Shown: piece after piece, positions 47,772-53,340 of the stretch
Layout: every line of letters starts with the position of its first letter
How positions within the stretch are numbered: the first letter of the stretch is position 1
Source: Thraustochytrium aureum
Taxonomy: Eukaryota
Direction: 5' to 3'
Assembly (NCBI GenBank): GCA_012862495.1
Contig: BLSG01000348.1
Coordinates: 8,404 to 61,743 of the forward strand
Length of the DNA: 53,340 nucleotides
The notes under the pieces: generated by a model
Database searches by the model: none
Told to the model about the DNA's origin: nothing
The model's input: only the letters and a program-made list of their open reading frames with translations
Made by a program: the position numbers and the translations under genes

Positions 47772-50700
47772 GACGTCAAGATCAAGGACCAAGGAAAGGA
47801 CTGGATCGAGGTCTCGGACAACGGCAGAGGCGTCGACAAGGCCAACCACGACAAGATCGCGCGCAAGTACTTTACGTCCAAGATCAGGTCCTTTGAGGAC
47901 ATCGACTGCGTCAAGACCCTCGGGTTTCGCGGCGAGGCGCTTTCGGCCCTGCTCGACCTGTGCCCGGCAGGCGGCGTCGAAGTGTTTACGCGCACGGAGG
48001 CGGACGCCGCCGGGACCAAGCTGACTTTCAAGCGCGACGGTGCTGTCGCGACTGCGACGCCTTGCGCGCGGCCGGTCGGAACCACCGTGACGCTGCGCGG
48101 TCTGTTCCGCCCGCTGCCGGTGCGGCGGCGCGAGTTTGAGCGCACGATCAAGACGCAGTATGCCAAGCTCCTCTTGGTTTTGCAGGGGTACGGCGTGACG
48201 AGCTGCGGCGTGCGCATCTCGTGCACGCAACTGGAAAACTCTGGGCAAGCGCAAGGTGGTTTTGCAGACCCCCGGCTCGGACTCGATGCAGGCCAATATC
48301 ATGAGTGTCTGCGGCGTGTCTGTGTCCGGCAACCTCATCCCCGTCGCCTTCGAGTTCATGGACGAGGCCCAGCTGCGCGCCTCTGCAGGCGCAGCCAAGC
48401 CCCACTCGTTCGAGCCCGGGCGGGAGAGCAGCGCCGACGAGTCCGGCGACGAGGGCACGGGCAACGACGATGCACGAGAGGGTGGAGCGGGGGCGGCGGC
48501 AGGGGCGAGCAAGGAGCGCGTCAAGCTGACTGGGTTTGTCTCCAAGTTCGGCGAGGGGATCGGCATGACCAGCGCAGACAGGCAGTTCTGGTTTGTGAAC
48601 GGACGACCCGTTGACTACAACAAAGGTTCCAAAGTGCTCAACAAAGTGTGGAGGCAGCGCGAGATGAAGCACAAGCCGGCTCTCTTCCTCAACTGGACTG
48701 TGCCCGCTGGCGGCTTCGACATCAACCTCGCCCCGGACAAGCGCGAGGTTTTTCTCACGAACGAGGCGACGTTGCTCGCCCAGCTCCAGACCGCCTTCGA
48801 GGGCCTCTGGCAGCGCGAGCCCGAGCAGGCCAAGTCGCAGACCATGAGAGACTTGTGGGCCACAGCAGGAGCAAGCGGAGGGAGCGGCGCTGCACTGTGC
48901 GCAAAAGGAGAGGGCGAGGAGAGGGAGGGCGAGGCCGAGCCCTCCTCGAGCGTCGGCGCAGGCGGCGATCTGGGCGATCTGGGCGGAAGCGATGATTTAA
49001 GATGCGAGGTCGCCACAGGGCAGAACCAAGACGGCGTCGAGGGCGACGGGGTTGCCTCCGCCTCTGAGNNNNNNNNNNNNNNNNNNNNNNNNNNNNNNNN
49101 NNNNNNNNNNNNNNNNNNNNNNNNNNNNNNNNNNNNNNNNNNNNNNNNNNNNNNNNNNNNNNNNNNNNNNNNNNNNNNNNNNNNNNNNNNNNNNNNNNNN
49201 NNNNNNNNNNNNNNNNNNNNNNNNNNNNNNNNNNNNNNNNNNNNNNNNNNNNNNNNNNNNNNNNNNNNNNNNNNNNNNNNNNNNNNNNNNNNNNNNNNNN
49301 NNNNNNNNNNNNNNNNNNNNNNNNNNNNNNNNNNNNNNNNNNNNNNNNNNNNNNNNNNNNNNNNNNNNNNNNNNNNNNNNNNNNNNNNNNNNNNNNNNNN
49401 NNNNNNNNNNNNNNNNNNNNNNNNNNNNNNNNNNNNNNNNNNNNNNNNNNNNNNNNNNNNNNNNNNNNNNNNNNNNNNNNNNNNNNNNNNNNNNNNNNNN
49501 NNNNNNNNNNNNNNNNNNNNNNNNNNNNNNCCGCGGATCAAGTCCGCCGCGGCAAGCGCGGCCATTCCAGGTCGCTCCTCGACGCAGACGGCGTGGACGA
49601 GGCGGACGCGCTTAGCGAGACTGATGGCGCGACGCGAGGAAGGTCGCACTCGCGCTTGGACCAGTTTCGCTCTCTTTTCCAGCGGCGAGTCAGAGAGCGA
49701 GGAGCCGCGCTCGCAAGGCGTGTCAAAGCGCAAGCCGCGCGGCGGCGGCTCGAGCTTTGCCGACCGCATCGAAGACGCCGCTCTGGAAAAGGGTACCCGC
49801 CGTGCCGTTGGCGACGACAGCGACGAGGCCGACGAGGCCGCCGAGATGGAGCAACTCGATGGCGTCGAAGACGACAGCGACGACGGCCAAGACGATGGAG
49901 GGGCCGGCGACAGCGAGGCAGGAAGCCCTGGCGCAGATGCTGTGCGCCGCGGCAAGCGACCTGCCGCCGCTGTGCGGAGGGCGGAACGGCGCCTTTCAGC
50001 AGACAGTGACGAAGAGCCCGTCGAAAAGCGCAAGCGGAAAGCGCATCGGCGCATCGAGCGGGCAGACGACCGCGAAAATCGCGGTGTGACTGAAGTTGCG
50101 CTCGACGCGAGCCCAGCGCCGAGGTCGCCGGCCGATCCCGGGCCGAAGAAGCGCGCTCGCGTAGCTCGCAAAGTGCCAACTTCAACGTCTGGGGACGGCC
50201 GGTACCTGGTCATGCGCGGCACGAGGCTGGAGGAGATTGCTGCTGGGCTGGATGCTGCAGCAAGCGCCGCAGGCGGGAGCGCCGGCGAGGACCTCGCGGC
50301 TGGGCGCGGCGATGCAGAAAGCGAGCAAGCGAGCGGAGGCACCTGCCTGAAGGGCGTCGACGGCAAGATCTCCGAGCGCGTCTTCGCCAAGGCAGACTTT
50401 GGCCGCACGCAGGTTCTGGGCCAGTTCAACAAGGGTTTCGTGATCGGGCGCGCTGGCAACGACATGTACATTTTCGACCAGCACGCCTGCGACGAAAAAT
50501 ACCGCTTTGAAACGCTCCAGAAGACGACCAAGATCCGCCAGCAGCCGGTGATTCGACCGCTGCCGCTCGACCTCAGCGCCACTGACGCGCAAACGATCCG
50601 GGACAACTTGGATATTTTTGAACACAACGGGTTCAAGATTGAAGAGGTGACATTTGGCGCCCCCGGCGAGCTGCCCGCTGGCCCCGACGAGGGCGACCCT

Positions 50701-51117
50701 GGGTCGTCGCAGGGCGCGGAGGGCTCCGCTTCGCGTGGGCCCTCCGTCAAGCTGTGCATTAAAGCGCTGCCGAACAGCTACAAGACGCAGTTCGGCGCGG
50801 AGGACGTGCGCGAGTTGGCCTCGCTGCTTCGCGAAAGCCCGCCGCCGCCTGTAGACCTGCGCGAACGCCTCGGCTACGTTCCGCCGCGCCTGCCAAGAAC
50901 GCGGGCGATGTTTGCTTCCCGCGCCTGTCGCAGCGCGATCATGATTGGGGACGTGCTGGACACGCCAAAGATGCTCAAGGTGCTTCGCAACATGGTCGGG
51001 CTCGAGCAGCCCTGGAACTGCCCGCACGGTCGGCCCACCATGCGACACTTGCTGGACCTCGGCGCTGTCTATCAGAAGCGCGGCCAGCAGGCGCACGAGT
51101 ACATGACGTTTCAATGA
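47772..51117 (+). CDS. PMS2: MutL homolog PMS2 (yeast PMS1) mismatch-repair endonuclease; 5' end in gap, frameshift ~48245
   Basis: IEVSDNGRG, TSKI, TLGFRGEAL, GTTV, LPVRRREF, DINLAPDKREV, GQFNKGF, DQHACDEKYRFE, ASRACRSAIMIG, PWNCPHGRPT. Confidence 0.97.
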
Positions 51118-51185
51118 GCGATGCCGCCATCTTTTTTCATGAACAAAACAAAACAAAACACGAGTTGTCTGTTCTTCGGGACGGT

Positions 51186-53340
51186 TCACGCCTCCGCCCC
51201 GTCCTCGTCGCCCGCGCTGTCGCCTTGCCCGAAAGGGTCGTCCTCATCAACGTCAAAGTCCAACATGTCGACACCCGCTGGACCTACGGCGGCCTCCTCC
51301 CGAGCCGCGACTTGCAGTTCGTCGACACCGCCTGGCAACGGAGGCTCACTTGCGCTTTGTTCAGGCTCTGGATGCACAGACTCGTCTGGCACACTGCTGG
51401 TGGCGATACCGCTGCTGGCCACCGCTTCGGCGGAGGCGCTTTGGGCCGAATCCGGCGACGCCGCGGCGAGGGTTTCGGGGCCCGAACGCAGCGCGAGCAG
51501 GCGTCGCTGGAGCTCCGCCACCGGCAAGAAAGTCCGAAGGTCAGAGGAGAAGAGGCGCCGCCCGAAAAGGGTGNNNNNNNNNNNNNNNNNNNNNNNNNNN
51601 NNNNNNNNNNNNNNNNNNNNNNNNNNNNNNNNNNNNNNNNNNNNNNNNNNNNNNNNNNNNNNNNNNNNNNNNNNNNNNNNNNNNNNNNNNNNNNNNNNNN
51701 NNNNNNNNNNNNNNNNNNNNNNNNNNNNNNNNNNNNNNNNNNNNNNNNNNNNNNNNNNNNNNNNNNNNNNNNNNNNNNNNNNNNNNNNNNNNNNNNNNNN
51801 NNNNNNNNNNNNNNNNNNNNNNNNNNNNNNNNNNNNNNNNNNNNNNNNNNNNNNNNNNNNNNNNNNNNNNNNNNNNNNNNNNNNNNNNNNNNNNNNNNNN
51901 NNNNNNNNNNNNNNNNNNNNNNNNNNNNNNNNNNNNNNNNNNNNNNNNNNNNNNNNNNNNNNNNNNNNNNNNNNNNNNNNNNNNNNNNNNNNNNNNNNNN
52001 NNNNNNNNNNNNNNNNNNNNNNNNNNNNNNNNNNNNNNNNNNNNNNNNNNNNNNNNNNNNNNNNNNNNNNNNNNNNNNNNNNNNNNNNNNNNNNNNNNNN
52101 NNNNNNNNNNNNNNNNNNNNNNNNNNNNGGTCAGAGGAGAAGAGGCGCCGCCCGAAAAGGGTGTCGTAGCAGTGCTGCACGAACGGGAGGAGGACGGTCG
52201 CCAAAAGGTTGCAGAGCTTGTCGAAGCGCTCACGAGTGGGCGGCGCCGCCTCCGCGTTTCGTGGCGCCGAGGCCCCTGCCGCCGCATCGCTTTTCCAGGC
52301 CGCCGCAGCGCCAACCTTGAAGGAATCGAGGCAGCGGGAATGGCCGCGAGCCGCGCTATGAGAACTTTGCCAAGGTCGAGCGCAAAAACCGGCGACGCGC
52401 ACTGCCGAAGCTCGTTGAACGAGCCGAGCAGCACGTTGACGAGCTCGGCCGCCACGGGAAACTCGAGGATGGCGGTTGGGGGAGACAGCGAGGCCTCGGC
52501 TGCGTCTGTCCCGTTGGCGAGGGCGCCGTCCGCCTCCTCCGCACTGTGGCCCGCTGAGGAGCCTTGGCCAGGGCCCTCAATCGCAATCGCCGCGCCCGCC
52601 GACGCGCTCTGGCGCGGTATGGGAAGCGGCGCACCCCAATCGCCGCTCGCGATCTGCGGCGCGGCGCGCTGACCCCCTGTTGCCAGAATTCGTCCATGAC
52701 AGCAAACACGCGTGTTCTGAAAGGCTCCATGAGCAGCGGGCGAAAGTCGGCTCCCACGCGCGCAAGGCTGAGCCCAAACTTCATGGCCTGCTCGAGCACG
52801 TTCGAAAGGGCCCCAAAGTCGTCAATCAGGGCCACCGCTTTGTTGAGCGTGAGGAGGAAATCGATCATCTTGCCCGACACCCAGCGGGCCAGAATCCCCC
52901 CGTCCTCGTCCAGCTCTTGCAGCACGTTGTCCCCCGTTGCAAAAATGGCCTTGTACTGGGTGATGACATCGAACCAGTTGACGCGACAGCGCTCGATGAG
53001 CTTGAGCGAGCTCTGGTACGGCCGAGCGGCAAACGCGGCCGGGTCCTCGGTGACGAGCGAGTTGATGAACGAGTCGCGGCAGTCCAGAAACTCGAAGCGC
53101 AAGTGCACTTCGGCGCCGCGCGCCTCCGTGGATGCCGAGGCGGCCGCATGAGCACCAGACGCCAAGTCGCGCTGGCCCGAAGGCACATCCGACGCGAGGC
53201 TCTTGCGCACGCGCTCTTGCGCGTCCAGCCGCCGCAGGTAGGAAATGTACCGCAAGCACTCTGGCAGGCTGATCTTCTGGCGCAGCTGCTGCAGCAGCTG
53301 GTGCCTCATGTGCGATGACAGCTCGTACACCTCCTCGGCT
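51186..53340 (-). CDS. COG8: Conserved oligomeric Golgi complex subunit 8 (Dor1); 5' end outside the window, frameshifts ~52670 and ~52390
   Basis: LLQQLRQKISLPECLRYISYLRRL, RVNWFDVITQYKAIF, GLSLARVGADFRPLL, LLGSFNELRQC. Confidence 0.92.

Noticed and set aside
9871..51117. MER3 plus PMS2, or AIDA plus CEP120, as functional gene clusters
   Set aside because: They are separated by unrelated genes, and chance co-location is sufficient in a gene-dense eukaryote
142..53340. Pervasive frameshifts read as programmed frameshifting, RNA editing or mass pseudogenisation
   Set aside because: Shifts go both +1 and -1, often sit at short homopolymers, share no slippery motif and hit conserved genes (PMS2, COG8, CEP120) whose motifs are intact. 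This fits sequencing indel error in a draft assembly.
1..53340. Alternative genetic code suggested by in-frame TAG/TGA
   Set aside because: Well-supported genes end at TAG (G-beta, START, cytochrome b5), TGA (AIDA, CLC, PMS2) and TAA (DOMON, CEP120) at the expected positions

Overview
This is eukaryotic nuclear DNA, not prokaryotic. It is gene-dense and GC-rich, has short GT-AG introns and microsatellites, and comes from a gappy draft scaffold. Gene content and style suggest a flagellated stramenopile, possibly a labyrinthulomycete/thraustochytrid (inference only). About 19 protein genes are supported: ferric reductase, secreted DOMON protein, SMYD-like SET protein, START protein, MER3/HFM1, atypical SDR, a putative novel transcription factor, AIDA, cytochrome b5-like protein, an unknown ORF, G-protein beta, a TULIP-like unknown, CEP120, a SNARE, an SOS1-like Na+/H+ antiporter, a large kinase-NACHT-ankyrin protein, a bacterial-type CLC, PMS2 and COG8. 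Many genes carry single-base frameshifts in both directions, which look like sequencing errors. The most interesting locus is the NLR-like gene at 38531-44346 (minus strand), which joins a bacterial-type APH/TCAD9-like kinase to a NACHT NTPase and ankyrin repeats. It is divergent from the bacterial-like CLC gene across an AT-rich spacer with 7 AACGG motifs. No rRNA, tRNA, CRISPR array or intact transposon was recognised. All assignments come from motif recognition by eye; no database searches were run.
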